Positions 36,127 through 51,003 of a DNA stretch of 64,000 nt are shown here, piece by piece. Position 1 is the first letter of the stretch. Each line of letters opens with the position of its first letter. The position numbers were made by a program, and so were the translations under genes. This stretch comes from Camelus dromedarius (Eukaryota): assembly GCF_036321535.1 (NCBI RefSeq), contig NC_087436.1, positions 72,294,001-72,358,000 of the forward strand, read 5' to 3'. Under the pieces are notes generated by a model. It did not search any database. It worked only from the letters and a program-made list of their open reading frames with translations, and was not told the DNA's origin.

Positions 36127-38689
36127 GAAAGGGACTGTTTATGGGCACTGGAACCCTCAGGACCCTCTCTTGTCATCTATAGTGTCTTTGCCTCTGTCTG
36201 CCTGCCTGAGGTTTCTCTCTTTCTTCCTCCTCTCTGCTATTCTGTCCTCAATGGCAAGTCATCCACTTACTTTTCCTCAGATCCCATTTCCAGTTTCTGA
36301 GAGAGAGGACCTTATTGGCTGTATTGGTTCAGGTCCAATGAACTGTGGCTAAGGGGCAGTGGTTACAACGCAGTGGTGCAAACAAGGCCATCTGGGACCC
36401 ATCACTGTTAAATGAAGGAACAGTTCTCAGTAAGATGAGAGTTTTTATGAATTGTCAGTTACCTCCAAAGGATTATATCACTGCATGTGTGTGTCTGCGT
36501 ATGTGAGAGGGAAAAACAAAGACAGGAAGAAAAAACACAATTCCTCAGAGGAATCTATTGTTCCTTAGAGCTGACCACACATATTGAAAGAGCCCTAGGC
36601 AAAAAGTCCAGAGGTCTGGGGGCTATGATTCTGAGCAAATATCTAAACTTCTCTATTCTCTGTTGTAAATGTGAAAACGTGGCAAAAACATAATAACAAA
36701 ACAAAGTATCTCCATCCCTCACAAAATAGTTGAGAGGAAATAATAGAAAGTAAGCATGAAACATCATAAAGTGTTATCCTTATTATTATTAACATTGTAG
36801 AATCATTTCCCAATTAGTATTTCATAAAGCCAATTTGAAGGTACCTATTCACATTGTCTTATCTACCATTATGTGGACCAAGCCTCTAAACTGTCCAAAG
36901 CAGATGGCACGTTTTGCTGCTATGGATCATGACAAAAATAACAATCATGTTATTAAGCTACGTACTAACAGTTAGCTCTGAGATGGAGCTCTGTAAAGGA
37001 ACTATATCAGGACCATGAGTACAAGACCAAGAGTAGTTTGCAATATAAAATTCCAAATTTCATGAGAAAGGGTCTAGTCGGCACAGTTTGAGTCAGGCAC
37101 CCACTCGTGATGGTCTCCCCACTATGGACAGGAATGTAGGAACACACCACAGAGACACGGCTGCCAGGAGCCACCCGGGATCTAGTTTCTTCTTCTGTAA
37201 AATGTCAACATTAATATCTACTTTAGAAGATGATTAAAAGGACTGAAGAAGTGAACGCCTTGCACCTATTTGTGCTCTAAAAGTCATACCAAATTACTAG
37301 TAGTCTTTCGGAAGGTATTCATTTCTTGGCTTAAAGCTTTCATTTAAACTGTTCCCTCTACTTGGGTCAGTTTCCCTTGCCCTGTCTCCTTACTCTTCAC
37401 TTAATCTAACATTCAAAGGAGCTAAAATCTGAAGAGTGATCTTAGTTTGTATGTCATTTCCTCCAGGATGCCTTCTCATACCCCTCAAAGCTGGGGTACT
37501 TGCTCCTTGTCCATCTAAGCTGTCAAAATTACAATTGCTTCGCGTTTCACCTCATTTCACAGAGGAAGCTTTTAAATCAACACAAATTTCTGTAACTGCC
37601 AACAATTGTAAAACCCAGCTAGTGGCAGAGCCAAGGAATGAAGCCAGGAATCTTGGTTTTTTAACCCCAATTATCACCATTACTTCCGTTTAAGCTGGCA
37701 GGACCAGCTCCACCCTGGTTACACCCAGATTCTGTGGGATGCTGAGACATACAACCTCCAGAAAGAGACCCTCTGTGCATTTCTGGGTGAGGTGCATTTC
37801 TTCCCAATGACACGGTAATTTATCAGGCTGTCTAAAACATCCTGACTGCTGCTTCTTGCCAGCTCTACCAACCTCCTTTCTGGTCTGGACTAATGCCTGT
37901 TTTCTGCATTTTCTTCTTTGTGCCAACAAAAATATGTTATCATTTTAATTTAGTCAAATCTCCTTCCAGAACTCATTACTCACACCAGGATTTTTCTCTT
38001 CCCTTGAGAATCGATCGTTGTCACTGTTGAAATGAATTGTCCCCCCACCTTTCATCATCACCCCCGACCCTGAAACACGCATTTACCCATGACTGTGCCC
38101 AAACTCATAGGCAAGGAGGTCAAAGAGGAGAAGGTGCATTCATTATCTTCCCCAAACCTGCTGTTTTTCTATTTTATTGCACTATATTTCATCCAGTTGT
38201 CTAAGCCAAGGAAGGGACCAAGGGTCATCACACACTGGCCTTCTCCCTCTGCATCCACTGGCATCTCCCTTTGCATCCAACCAGGCCCTAGGTGCTGCCA
38301 TTTCTACACCTGTTTCAACCCTCACTGAGCCCTCCTCTCTCTTCCCTCTGCCATTGCCTTAGTTTTGGCCATCTCAAAATTTCACCTGTATCCCTAAAAT
38401 ACCCTCCTAACTGGTCTCCATGTCTCCAGGCCGTCCCTGTCCCCATCAGCCTTATTCACTGCAAAGAGATTATTTTAAAATGCAAATCTCACTAGGTGGG
38501 ATGGAGCCCTCATCTATAAGGCAGGACAATAATTAAGAAAGAGCATTAACCAGATTATTTATGAAAATTATCAATTTTTCTTAACATTTTCCTCAAAACA
38601 CATTAAATGGGCATGGCTCCACTCCAGTTCTCTTGGAGTTACTCAAATTATGATGCTCCTAGGGCCATCTGGTCAAAAAAAAAAAGTCC

Positions 38690-39700
38690 ACATGTTTACT
38701 GTAACATCATTTTATTCAATTTGCTATTCCTTACCCACAGGCCAAAACTTACATCACAAATAAGTACACGTGTTAACATTTATTTAAAAAAAAAACATGC
38801 ACATGGTAACAATTCAAGCAGTGTAAGGAGTAATATAGTTTTTTTTTTAAGGGAAAAAATTATTTTTTAATTTCCATCCCTAGAAGTGATGATTTTAGTA
38901 ATTTTGGTGGGTGTATATCCCCAGAAATGTTCCCTGTATGCACCAGCACATTTGAACACAAAGTTGGAAACACTGTTTCATTTCAGTGCATCTATTTACT
39001 TATTTATTCTGGATAGGGAGGAGAGGCAGAATGTTTTATTGCAGGGATGTACCATAGTTAGTTTACTAATCCATTCTGATGGACAGTTAGGTGTTTCCAG
39101 ACTTAATTTTCTTAATAAAGTAAATCATGTTTGTGAACATTTTCAACATGTTCAACATAAAGTGAACATTTATGTATTTTTTGTGTATATGTATATGTTA
39201 TGCAAGTATATCTGTAGGATAAATTCAGAGAACGGGAAATTCTGAGTCAAAGGGTATGTGAATTTTACCTTTTGCTAAGCATTGCCAAATCATTTCCAAA
39301 GAATTTGCACTAGTTGAAACTCTCTCTATTAAACTATGAAAATGCTTAGTTCTCAACATACTGGTAATTGTGCTATGTATCAAACTTTTTGACTTTTGGC
39401 AGACTGACAGGTAAAAAGTGCCATTTCATTGTTTTGAGTCTGTATTTGTCTAATTCTGAGTAATACTGGACTTCTTTGAATTTTTTTCCTGGCCATTTAT
39501 ATTTTACTTTCTGGGAAGATTTTTGTATTGTTTATTGAGCTTATCATTTTTTTGTAAGAGATATTTATACATTGAGAAAATAAACATTTTTCTGAAAAAT
39601 ATTTATTTTGTACTTTCCATTTTATTTTGGTTTTTTTCTCATGGAAAAAGTATTATTTCTAGTATAGTTAATTAATTAAATGTTTCTCTAGTGATGTCTG
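38690..39700 (-). mobile_element. Ancient L1ME-like fragment
   Basis: gatggacagttaggtgtttcca, ctgagtcaaagggtatg motifs. Boundaries approximate. Confidence 0.55.
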
Positions 39701-40519
39701 TGTGTGTCTTTGTGTGTACATATATTTAGTAAAAACTATTTATGTAGTATTTTTATCTTATATATACAAGTACATATTTAATGCATATATATTTAAGACA
39801 AAAAATGCTGTATATGTACTTGTGTACCAAATATACTGTATATGTTTGAATATAAAAATGCTATATACATATATTTTTTTACTGAAAAACATATTTTAAC
39901 CACATTATAATACATTTTAGATAATAGATGAGAAAGTAATAACCCAAGTCTCACTATAGTAACATAATTGTGGCCATCATTTTAGTGTACCTCCTTTCAG
40001 CCCATTTTCCCATGTATATATATTTTAGTTATAAGTATAATGGCCCAAGTCATCTTTAATGGGCACTATAAAGGGGTCTCCTGCTAGATCAAGGAAACAA
40101 CAGCATAAAGAAACTGGGGGTATAGTTCCTTGGGAACAGAAGTTGGAGGAAGGGGTTCATAAGAAGTTGGGTGGGGCCTGTATCCCATCCCACTCTATCC
40201 CTCCATCAGGAAATGGAAATGTGCAGAGTATTTTGTGTGAATAGATCTGGGAAACCAACTAACATACCCATAAAAAGCTGACATGTATAGCCTGCTATAA
40301 TAAAATGCATAATCAGCCAGTGTCAGTCAGAAACAACTACAGACAGTACCAATTAAGCCAAAAAACCCCAAAAAAACCAAAAAAAAAAAATTCTTGCCTC
40401 TTCCTCTATATCCTTGTACCACTGTTCTGACCCTAGAAAATGCAGAAGCAGCAGAATGAGCAGAGGAAGAAGACAAAATTGAAAGCAGAGGAAAAAAAAA
40501 GGAAAAAAAGAAGACCGTG

Positions 40520-41930
40520 ATGACTTCATCCAGTCTCATGACTTTAAATGTCATGTAGGTGCCAATGACTCTCAGACTTATAACTCCACCCTTGAGCCTT
40601 CTCCTGAACTCCAGACTTGCATATCTAAATTCCTACTGAACATCTTCCCTTGAATATCTACTAGGCATCTCAAAATTAACATTCAAAACTGAATTTGATC
40701 ATCCCCAACAAACTGATCTACCTGCAACTCTTGGCGTTGTAGTCGATGGCAACTTCATCCTTCCACCTGTCAGAGCAAAACTCTCGGAGTTCTTCTTGAC
40801 TTCTCTTTACCCACACACTGCATTTTATTTTTATTTATTTATTTTTTTTTTTTGCCAGAAAATCCTGTAGAATCTACCTTTAAAATATGTATAGACTTTG
40901 ACCACTTCTCGCCCCCTCACTTACTCCCTCTCTGGTTGGACTAGTGTTATCTCACACCTGGAGACACCATGATCTCCAGATTAGCCTCCTGCTTCTCTCC
41001 TTGCCCTTCTCCACTCTCACAATCTATTTCAAAACAGCAGCCATAATGGTGTTTTAAAAAACGTAAATTGGATTGTCATTCTTTTACTCAAAACTTTCCA
41101 ATCATATTCCATCATTTCACTCAGAGAAAAGCCAAAGTTCTTTCAATGGCCAACAAGGCCTTATGTCATCTGCTCTCCACCATTCCCCCCACCTCATGCT
41201 GTCTTAGTTTGCCATAACAAAATACCATAGACTTGTGGCTGAAACAACAGGAATTTATTTTTTCATAGTTCTAGAGGCTGGGTCAGAGTGACAGCATGGT
41301 CAGGTTCTGGTGAGAGTGTTCTTCCCCAGCTTGCTGATGGCCACCTTCTTGCTGTGTCCTCACATGGCAGGAAGAGAGGGAGAGAGAAAAATGAGCTCTC
41401 TGGTGCCCCTTCTTATAAAGGTACTAGTCCTATTGGATCTGAGTCCTACCCTTATGACCTCAGTTAACTCTAATTACTTCTGTAAATGTACCATCTCCCA
41501 GTACAGTCACATTAGGGGTTGAGATTCAACATATGAATTTTGAGGGCATCCACACACATTCAGTCCATAATACCCTCCCTAACAATAAGACCTCATCTCC
41601 TACTAGGTACCCTCTGCCCTCTCTCCCTAGCCAGATCAACCTGCTTGATGATCCTTGAACAAGTCATACCTATGTCTGCCTTAGGACCTTTGCAGCAGCT
41701 GTGTCCTCTGACAGAAGTATACCACTTTCAGATAATCCCACAGATAATGCCCTCACTTCAAGTCTTTGTTCAAATGTCAGCTTCTTAGTTAAGCCTATCC
41801 ATCAGCCTATTTACAATGGCTACCCACCCTCGCCAGCACCCTGGGTACCCTTATCTTGCTCTCTCTTCTGTTGCTCCACACAGTCTTCAAAGATGCTTTA
41901 CAAGGAGCTGGACATACAGTGAGAACTCAG
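40520..41930 (+). mobile_element. L2 LINE remnant split by an MLT1 LTR (about 41199-41570, minus)
   Basis: catgactttaaatgtcatgtaggtgccaatgactctcag..cctgaactccagac (L2 RT end). MLT1 begins tgtcttagtttgccataacaaaataccatag. Confidence 0.72.
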
Positions 41931-43174
41931 AAAAATAGGGCAGGGGCAATGAGAGCCTGGCGAGAGTAGCTACAACTGACCAGAGAACCAGGACTAGGGC
42001 AGGGGGTGGGGTGGGGAAAGGTAGTTCAGAGAGGTGGCCATACAGGAGCTGAGACTTGAAAGGTATGTGAGAGCTTGAGGAAATGGGCCTTTACTAAGGA
42101 GTGGGCTTTGGAAACCAAATAAACCTTAATCTCCCCAGAATGAATAAAACAGTAGAATCAAAGGCATTGCGATAAGGTAATGGGGAAGCAATTTACAAGA
42201 AGGTAGAGAATTAGGGGGAAGGTTGACCTTTTTCTATTGAGCAGATGGGGTTCTGACTGGGAGCTGTATTTCATGAAGGTGTGTCTCCAGCTTATTTGTT
42301 TAAATAATAGGATGTCACGCCATCTGACTTTCCTATTGCCAACATCTCTCCTTTATACGGATTAAAATTTATCAATGTTTCTAATGGGAACTGAGTCTAA
42401 CAACCTGGAGTTACATTAAGACATGCAGCCTCAATGAGGGTGATTTTTCCCTTAAGACAAAGAACTGATGGTTGGAGGGTAGAATAGTCTTAGACATTAC
42501 ATTGGTTCATGACTTCCCAAAGGGCCTCAGTACATGAACAGATATATCTGTGGTTTTAAAATGTCATGAAGGAGTAGGGACTGACTAGGAAAATCATGTT
42601 TAAAAAGGTCTCTTTGCAGGGGAGAGGGTAATAATAATAATAACAGTAACATTGAGAAATACTGCTTTAAAACCTGGAAAATCAATACGCAATCAATATG
42701 CAACCCTCTGACAGCTGATTTACATCTTATAAATGCCAGTGCTGGACATCCCAGTAACCGTTCCCAGGGAGCTTGTGAGGGGAGACAGATTCACAAAGAA
42801 AGCACAAGTGCCTTGCCTCTAAAACCCCTGTTTTATCTTTACGTAAGATAGTGAAGACAAAAAAAGCAACCACCATAAAAAGCTCTTCCGCAGTTATACG
42901 GACACAACAGCTAGATGATGAAGAATGAAATGGATATAACAGAACATGTTCTTTTGACTCACGATTCTGGTAGACAGTACAGTAATTAGGATTAGCATAA
43001 TATGCCGGCAGCCTTTGCTTTGCGTGGTTCCAGTTCCAAGGCGCACAAACTTCAGTTAACATAGTTAGCTAAATAACTCCAATCCTCCAATACAGGGCAG
43101 ATTTCCATTATAGTAATGGCAATAGACGGCACTTATTGAATACGTGCTGTATGCCAGCCACCTCTATAACATTT

Positions 43175-43331
43175 GTTGTTGTTGTTGTTGTTTTGTCGGG
43201 GGAGGGGACAATTAGGTTTGCTGATTTATTTGTTTTTAATTTTTTTTTAATGGAGGTACTGGGGATTGAACCCAAGAACGCATGCATGTTAAGCCCGCAC
43301 TCTATCACTGACCTATTTCTTGCCCCCCCCG
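43175..43331 (-). mobile_element. tRNA-derived SINE, long-tail form
   Basis: atggaggtactggggattgaaccc, TSD taacattt. Confidence 0.85.
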
Positions 43332-43611
43332 TAACATTTTTTTCGTGTTAAGTGATTTAATCTCCACAACAATCTTATGAAGTAGGTATTGGTATTACGT
43401 CCACAAAGAGTTACAACAGGGTAAAGGGAAAATCACCTTGTTATGTGGAGTGAACAAAGAATTATTTTATTTACATTTAAGCAGTTTCCAAGGCCGAATT
43501 CTAGCAAATGAAGACCAAATAGAGTCTTTCACTGCCTTGGACCAAGCGAACTTGAAACCTATTAATGAATGGAAACTCCATTTCATGCAACCTAAGGGCC
43601 TCGTATATTTT

Positions 43612-44720
43612 TGTTCATTCATTCATTCATTTAATAAATCAACAGGTGTGTGTTGAATGCTTCCATTTACCTGGCCTATTTCTAGAAACTGAGGCTATAG
43701 CAAAGCTCTGTCTTCATGGAGCTTATGTCCTAGTGGGGGAGACAAGACAATAACAGATAAATTAATATATCATGTAATAGCTGGTTACATTAGGATATAC
43801 TCTGATATTTATATCAGAAAAATAAGATAGGGCAAGGAAGAAAAATAAATGGGCAAGGATGTTCCAGAAAGACTTTTCTGAGGAGAGAACATTTGAACAG
43901 AAAACTGAAAACTGAATAAAATGAGAGACCGTGTCATGTGACTATCTGGTGAGAGAACGTTCCCGGCAGAGCAGAACTTCTGAAATGAAACTTCAGTGGC
44001 ATGTTCTGGGAGAATAACCAAAAAAAAGTTTGAAATAGCGGAATAAATGGGAGGGAGGTGTCATGGAAATGAAGCTGAAGGGGTACCCAGGGACTAACAT
44101 AAAGGACTTGGCAGCCATGGAAAATATTCTAGATTTTCCATGTGGTGGAGGTGAAAAGCCACTGAAGGCCTGAGAGCAAGTGTGTGAAATATTTTGTTTC
44201 CTTGTAAAATACCACCCTGGCTAGAGTATAGAGAATGGACAGTGAGGATGGAGAGCAAGACTGGAGGCAGAGAGACAAGCTTGGAGGCCGTTACAGCCAG
44301 TGATGGTGGCTTGGACTGACGAGGTAACAGTAGGTGGAGAGAGAGACCTTGAATGAGTGGTACATTCTGAAGATAGAATTGATAGGATTTGCTGACGTAT
44401 TTGACCCAGGGTGTAAAAAAAGAAGTGAAGCATCGAAACAGGCATCATAGTTTTGGTCCTCATAACTGACTGAATGGTGGTGTCATTTACCAAACAAAGA
44501 TGAGGAGTAGGTAAGTTTGTGTCAGAGGGTAACTCAAGTTCTTTCTTGGACGTGCAAGATTTGCACACAAGTGGTAATTAAAGCTATGGAACTGGGTAGG
44601 TTAACCTAGGTCTTGATTGTAGATAAAACTGAGAAACAGTCACACAGGATGGACTTGGGGACATGCCAGCATTCAGGGGGTCAGAAAGTTGAAGCTGATC
44701 CAGCCATGGAGACTGAAGGA
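43612..44720 (-). mobile_element. L2 LINE remnant, antisense
   Basis: ttcattcattcattcatttaat tail, catggagcttatgtcctagtgggggagacaagac, gaatggtggtgtcatttacc. Confidence 0.75.
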
Positions 44721-45875
44721 AAGGAAAAACTTTGTATTTTTTTTTACTTGTATTTCAAAGGACTAATGGCTCTGGCTCCAACATGAATGCTCAAATATGT
44801 GACAGCTGACAATTGTCCAAATAATTGAGGGAAAATGGTCTGTCATACCCTCTGAGAAAAGTTGCTTTTTTGATTACAAATTCTCAAAGGACATTGATCC
44901 ATGATTAGTGTATTTTGAAGATAGAAAAATAGTACTCAAAACAGTACTATCAGAATAAGAGAAAATATTTCATGTCAGGAAAGATGTGTAATACAGGTAA
45001 AACTTTAAACTGGTTTTACTTAAATATTTACCCAGTATCTTAATTTGAGAAAATTACAAATGTAGGCAGATTCCTTATCATTAAAGTTACCAGCTTAAAA
45101 AAAGAAGTAATAGCTACAAGTAAAGTGTTAATTTATAGTGTCACCAACACACACACACACACAACTCACACCCTTACACATTCTGTTTCTGCATTCAGGT
45201 GGTCTTATTCTTACCAGCAACAAATAAAGTATATTGAACTTGCTGGTGGACACCACATGCTGCTCACTGCCTTTCTCCAAGCTGATTTGTGCTCCAAATT
45301 GCTACCAGTCCAGGACGACTTTACGTCTTAACATTTGAGGTTTAATATTACCTGGGCTTAATCATCCACTGTAAAATATGGTTGAGGGCTGGTATACTTG
45401 GTTCTTCTTCATCCTGTCTATGCAGTCTCCTGGGCTAGGAGCTTACTGAAGGCAGTCTCTATTAGACTGGCTTTATATGTAGGTGATCAAAATTCAAGTT
45501 TAGATTTGGGGAAATTAGTAAATCTCCTCAGGGACCAAGGTGTCTTTCATGCTCCATTTATTTATGAGTTCTGGATTTTCTTCAAATTTTGATCTAATGA
45601 TTTTTTTATGCTTCAACTTTTAAAAGATTTTTTTAAAAAAAATGTTTTATCTACGATTTTAGTTTATTTTCTGTGGGACTGTGTTCCAAGTAATCTAGCT
45701 TGCCATTACTGGAAATCAGAAGTCTCAATCCCATATCTACATGGGAAAAATTTTCCCAAGTTTTTAAAGCTCTGCCATTGCTTCCACAATGGTCTTCATG
45801 TCTCTGACCCTCTCTTACTCTCCCATTAGTCATGAGTGCATTCAATGGTTCTCTTTACATGTCATGTAGGTTCTT

Positions 45876-46090
45876 CTTTTTAAAAATTATACATATATAT
45901 TTTTAATGGAGGTCCTGGGGATTGAACCCAGGACCTCCTGCATGCTAAGCATGTGCTTTGCCACTAGGGCCATTACCCTCACCCTCCATCATGTAGATTC
46001 TTTTTTTTTTTAAGAGGAGATACTGGGGATTGAACCCAGGACCTTATGCATGCTAGGCATGTGCTCTACCACTGAGCTACACCCTCCCCC
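45876..46090 (-). mobile_element. Two tandem tRNA-derived SINEs sharing a triplicated target site
   Basis: Two ggggattgaacccaggacc units, with tcatgtag(g/a)ttctt at 45862, 45989 and 46095. Confidence 0.9.
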
Positions 46091-48990
46091 TCCATCATGT
46101 AGATTCTTAATGGCAGGTGGCATGGCTTATCCCCTGAAGCAACTAGTTCATGCTCTGCACAAAACAGACACTTCAGATTTATTTGATTAAAAAAGATTTC
46201 AAAGTATTACTTGAGAAACCAACCATAATACCTCAATTATTTCAGTTATTTCCCACATTTCTCAATTGCAACAAGCACTAGTCTTGAGCAATAAAAAAAG
46301 TTCCCAAGTCTTTTCCCTTACATTCCACTTAAGCAGAGTTTACATACAGTGATGTGACAGCCCCAGTTTACTCTCCGTCTAACAAGACCCAGCTGCTGGA
46401 ACATTCAATCACCATTAGTTCAACTTGTGATAACAAACAAGTTTCATCAGTCTACTTCACAGAACTTATTAAGTAGCCTTGGTTCACAGGGAAAGAAGGA
46501 ATTTGGCTCCCAAGGAGCATAATTCTATACAGATGGGGTCAAGCAAGAGGGAATGTCAAACTGCATGACAGTACATGAAATGATGTGGGAAAAGAACGTG
46601 AAACATGTGTTGTCATCATTGCTTGTGTATTTCAGGGAAAGACTGTTGTTGCCAAAAAATAATCTAAAGCTTGAAATCACACAACCCGGGGGACAAATTC
46701 TAGACTTGTCATTTACTAGCTACTTGTTGAATCTAAGATACCATGGATTATAAGACATCACTGCTGTATGTACCACTTAGAAAGGGAAAAATCAGTCAAA
46801 TAATCTACTTCCCATTAGTGGTAAGCATATTGTGATATCAGGATGTTAAAATGTGATACAAGATGCTTCTTAGAATCATTGAAATATAATACGGATCCTA
46901 ACATCTTTAAAGCTCTATTTTTTTCATTCAATAAAAAAATGGATATAAAATATTTTTTTCATGAATGTTAGTTTCCTTGTTATCCTTTATCAGTCTTCAT
47001 CCTGACCCAGGGGAGTCAAAATCTACAGCAACAGAATGAGTCACAGTATGGAGGATAAGAATCTGGCACCAAATCTACCCACAAAGAACAGATCACAGGA
47101 GGCTATTCTGGTTCAGCTCTAGGTTGTGCAGCTCAGGAAAAGCAGATATTTTACCTATAAGCTTGCTTATACCCCCTCATTATGCATCTATCTATGGGGA
47201 AGAAGAAGGGGTGTTGGAAAGTTAACTCATCTGATCTCTCTGCTTCAGAGAGAAAAACTGACATATTTAAATGGATGAGTTTCTAATAAATTAACAGGAT
47301 TTGTATAACATAACATCTCCCCCTCACCTTTCTCAGGGTAGCCACCTTCTCAGCACTCTGTTCTCTGCTGTATGTGAAATTTACCCCCCAGGGGATGGCT
47401 GAGATTTTTCATCCCAGCTTGTGACCGGGTAGGTACATCTGCCTGATTCTTGGATCAATGTTAGGAAGTTCATCTACACACGGTTATAAACCACAGTCTC
47501 TAATATCGGCTTTATTACGAGTAAAGGTGATACTTTGGTCTCTTATCTAATTTACATTTTCTTTTCTTAATTGGATCAAGACTCATAATTCAGGAAGTTA
47601 TAACAGGGGTACTATTTGTAAGTTCCCTAACAGAACAACTATCATACCTGCCTTTGGCTCTTATGAACAGGCAGGCCTGTGCACTAGAACACAGAAATGA
47701 CGACAAAGGCTGCCTGTTCAAAATGCTATTGGGAGGTTCAATTCATCATGTAACCACCCCTTTGTCACTCTGTTTGACACAGTCATGATTACAAGCCTAG
47801 ACCATCTCTGAGTGTGCTACTTCTTATCTGCTGAAAGGAGGACCACGCCTTTCTTTCTCTTCTCTGGCTTCTCTTAGCTTCCTCCCAGCAACAGTGCAGT
47901 CCCAAGCTATACCTCTAGCCTGTGATGAACTTGGCTGCCCTCCCTTTGCCACCAGCCAGCAGAAAAGCCACCCAGGCACTGATCCAAACCAACTAAAGGG
48001 CAGGCAGCTGCAGTCTATTGAGATGACAGGGTATTACCTAAAGGCTCAGCAAGGACCACATGTTGACTCACTGTGAGCCATCAAATTAGGGGAATGAGGA
48101 ACTTGACCAGTAACACCACAAGCTACTTTGCTTGGCCACATTCTCAGAGAAAAACAAGCTGGGACCAAAGGTAGCTCTGCAGGAATATAAAGAAGTGGGC
48201 TGTGAGGACAGCCAGAACACTGGACGGGGGGAATCTTGCCCAGCTCTGTGCTCATCTTACTTCCTAGTATATGTTCTGTATCAAAACAAGTAAATTATAA
48301 TTTTACCAGAAAAATTCAACCAGAATGCTTTTTGTGTGTGTGTTTTCACCAAGGGAAAATATCCCCATACATTTCCTGGACTTTCATATTACTTACCATA
48401 CTTTGTAATTATTTTACTAGGTTGTGTCTTGCCTCCCATGCCCTGGTCCACCCTCTACCCAGCCATTTATGTAGCAAACAGCTCTGTGCAGGTATAACCT
48501 GGCAGCACTTGGCCTTGACTATACACCATGTCTCTCTCTTTATGTCCTGGAACTTCTCTGACACAGGAGCACTCAGAAGTGAAAGGCACTTGGTGCTACT
48601 GGCAGATATTGGGGAATATAGGTGAGTAAATTCCCCCCACCTTCTTTTGCTAAGGGAGATAATTCTGAGGCACATCTACACTGAATACTAATACTGTCTC
48701 TGCACCTGGAACAAGTTGTAGAGGTCCCATCCCTGAAGATCAGAAAAAGTACGACAAAACATGGACTTCCTCAAAAGGGTAGAATAACATTTTGGGCTGG
48801 TGAATTTGGGACAATCAGAGGGAGATGATCAAACAAGTTTGTACTACACCTTGACCTGACATCTTTGCAAGAGAAAGGCACTGGCCCTAAAGGAAGGAGG
48901 TTGATAAAACTTTCTAACAGAAAGAGATTTTACAATCACCAGTTAGAAAGAGAGAAAGCGAATGCAGTTAAGAAGCAAAAGGAATACTCA

Positions 48991-51003
48991 GTCCATTTTG
49001 AGTTGATTTTTGTGTATGGTGTAAGGGAGTGTTCTAGCTTCATTGCTTTACATGCTGCTGTCCAGTTTTCCCAACACCATTTGCTGAAGAGACTGTCTTT
49101 ATTCCATTGTATATTCTTGACTCCTTTGTTGAAGATTAGTTGACCAAAAGTTTGTGGGTTCATTTCTGGGCTCTCTATTCTGTTCCATTGGTCCATATGT
49201 CTGTTTTGGTACCAATACCATGCTGTCTTGATGACTGTAGCTCTGTAGTATTGTCTGAAGTCTGGGACAGTTATTCCTCCAGCATCCTTCTTTTTCTTCA
49301 GTCATGCTTTGGCAATTCTAGGTCTTTTGTGGTTCCATATAAATTTTATTATTATTTGTTCTAGTTCTGTGAAATATGTCCTGGGTAATTTAATAGGGAT
49401 TGCGTTAAATCTGTAGATTGCCTTGGGCAGTGTGACCATTTTAACAATATTGATTCTTCCAATCCAGAGCATGGGATATCTGCATTTTTTTAAGTCTTCT
49501 TTAATTTCCTTCATCAGTATTTTATAGTTTTCCATGTATAAGTCTTTCACCTCCTTGGTTAGATTATTACTTTGGGTGCTGTTTTAAAGGGGATTGTTTC
49601 TTAACTTTCTGTTTCTGTTGATTCATCATTACTGTAAAGAAATGCAACTGATTTTTGAACGTTAATCTTGTAACCTGTTACCTTGCTGGATTATTTGATT
49701 ATTTCTAGTATTTTTTCTGTGGACCTTTTAGGGTTTTCTATATATATTATCATGTCATCTGTATATAGTGACACTTTTACCTCTTCATTTCCAATTTGGA
49801 AAGAGTTAAACATAAGACAAGATACAATAAACCTCCTAGAAGAAAATATAGGAAAAACATTATCTGACATACATCTCAAAAATGTTCTCCTAGGACAGTC
49901 TACCCAAGCAATAGAAATAAAAGCAAGAATAAACAAATGGGATCTAATTAAACTTACAAGCTTCTGCACAGCAAAGGAAACCAGAAGTAAAACAAAATGA
50001 CAACCTACAGAATGGGAGAAAATTTTTGCAAATGAAACTGACAAAGGCTTGATCTCCAGAATATATAAGCAGCTCATATGACTTAATAAAAGAAAAACAA
50101 ACAATCCAATCCAAAAATGGGCAGATGACCTAAACAAGCAATTCTCCAAGGAAGACATACAAATAATCAATAGGCACATGAAAAAATGCTCAATATCACT
50201 AATTATCAGAGAAATGGAAATCAAAACTACAATGAGGTATCACCTCACACCAGTCAGAATGGCCATCATTCAAAAGTCCACAAATGACAAATGCTGGAGA
50301 GGCTGTGGAGAAAATGGAACCCTCCTGCACTGCTGGTGGGAATGCAGTTTGGTGCAGCCACTGTGGAAAACAGTATGGAGATTCCTCAAAAGTCTAGGAA
50401 TAGACTTATCGTATGACCCAGGAATCCCGCTCCTGGGCATATATTCAGGAGGAACCCTACTTCAGGATGACACCTGCATCCCAATGTTCATAGCAGCACT
50501 ATTTACAATAGCCAAGACATGGAGACAGCCTAAATGTCCATTGACGGATGACTGGATAAAGAAGAGGTGGTATATTTATACAATGGAATACTACTCAGCC
50601 ATAAAAACCGACAACATAACGCCATTTGCAGCAACATGGATGCTCCTGGAGAATGTCATTCTAAGTGAAGTAAGCCAGAAAGAGAAATAAAAATACCATA
50701 TGAGATCGCTCATATGTGGAATCTAAAAAAAACCACAAAGCATAAATACAAAATAGAAATAGACTCATAGACATAGAATACAAACTTGTGGTTGCCAAGG
50801 GGGCAGGGGGTGGGAAGGGATAGACTGGGATTTAAAATTGTAGAATAGATAAACAAGATTATACTGTATAGCACAGGGAAATATATACAAGATCTTATGG
50901 TAGCTCACAGAGAAAAAAATGTTGACAATGAATATATGTATGTTCACATATAACTGAAAAATTGTAAAATGATTATAAATCAATAAAAAATGTTTAAAAA
51001 AAA
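48991..51003 (+). mobile_element. Young L1 with twin-priming inversion (48991-49800 antisense, 49801-51003 sense)
   Basis: Antisense ORF2 peptides ([29 protein letters not shown]), then the sense C-terminus (170-aa ORF 50178-50690), 3'UTR and poly-A. Confidence 0.95.

Noticed and set aside
50178..50690. 170-aa ORF, the antisense 177-aa ORF, and similar ORFs at 414, 20437 and 57697
   Set aside because: L1 ORF2 C-terminal fragments or their antisense shadows, not host genes.
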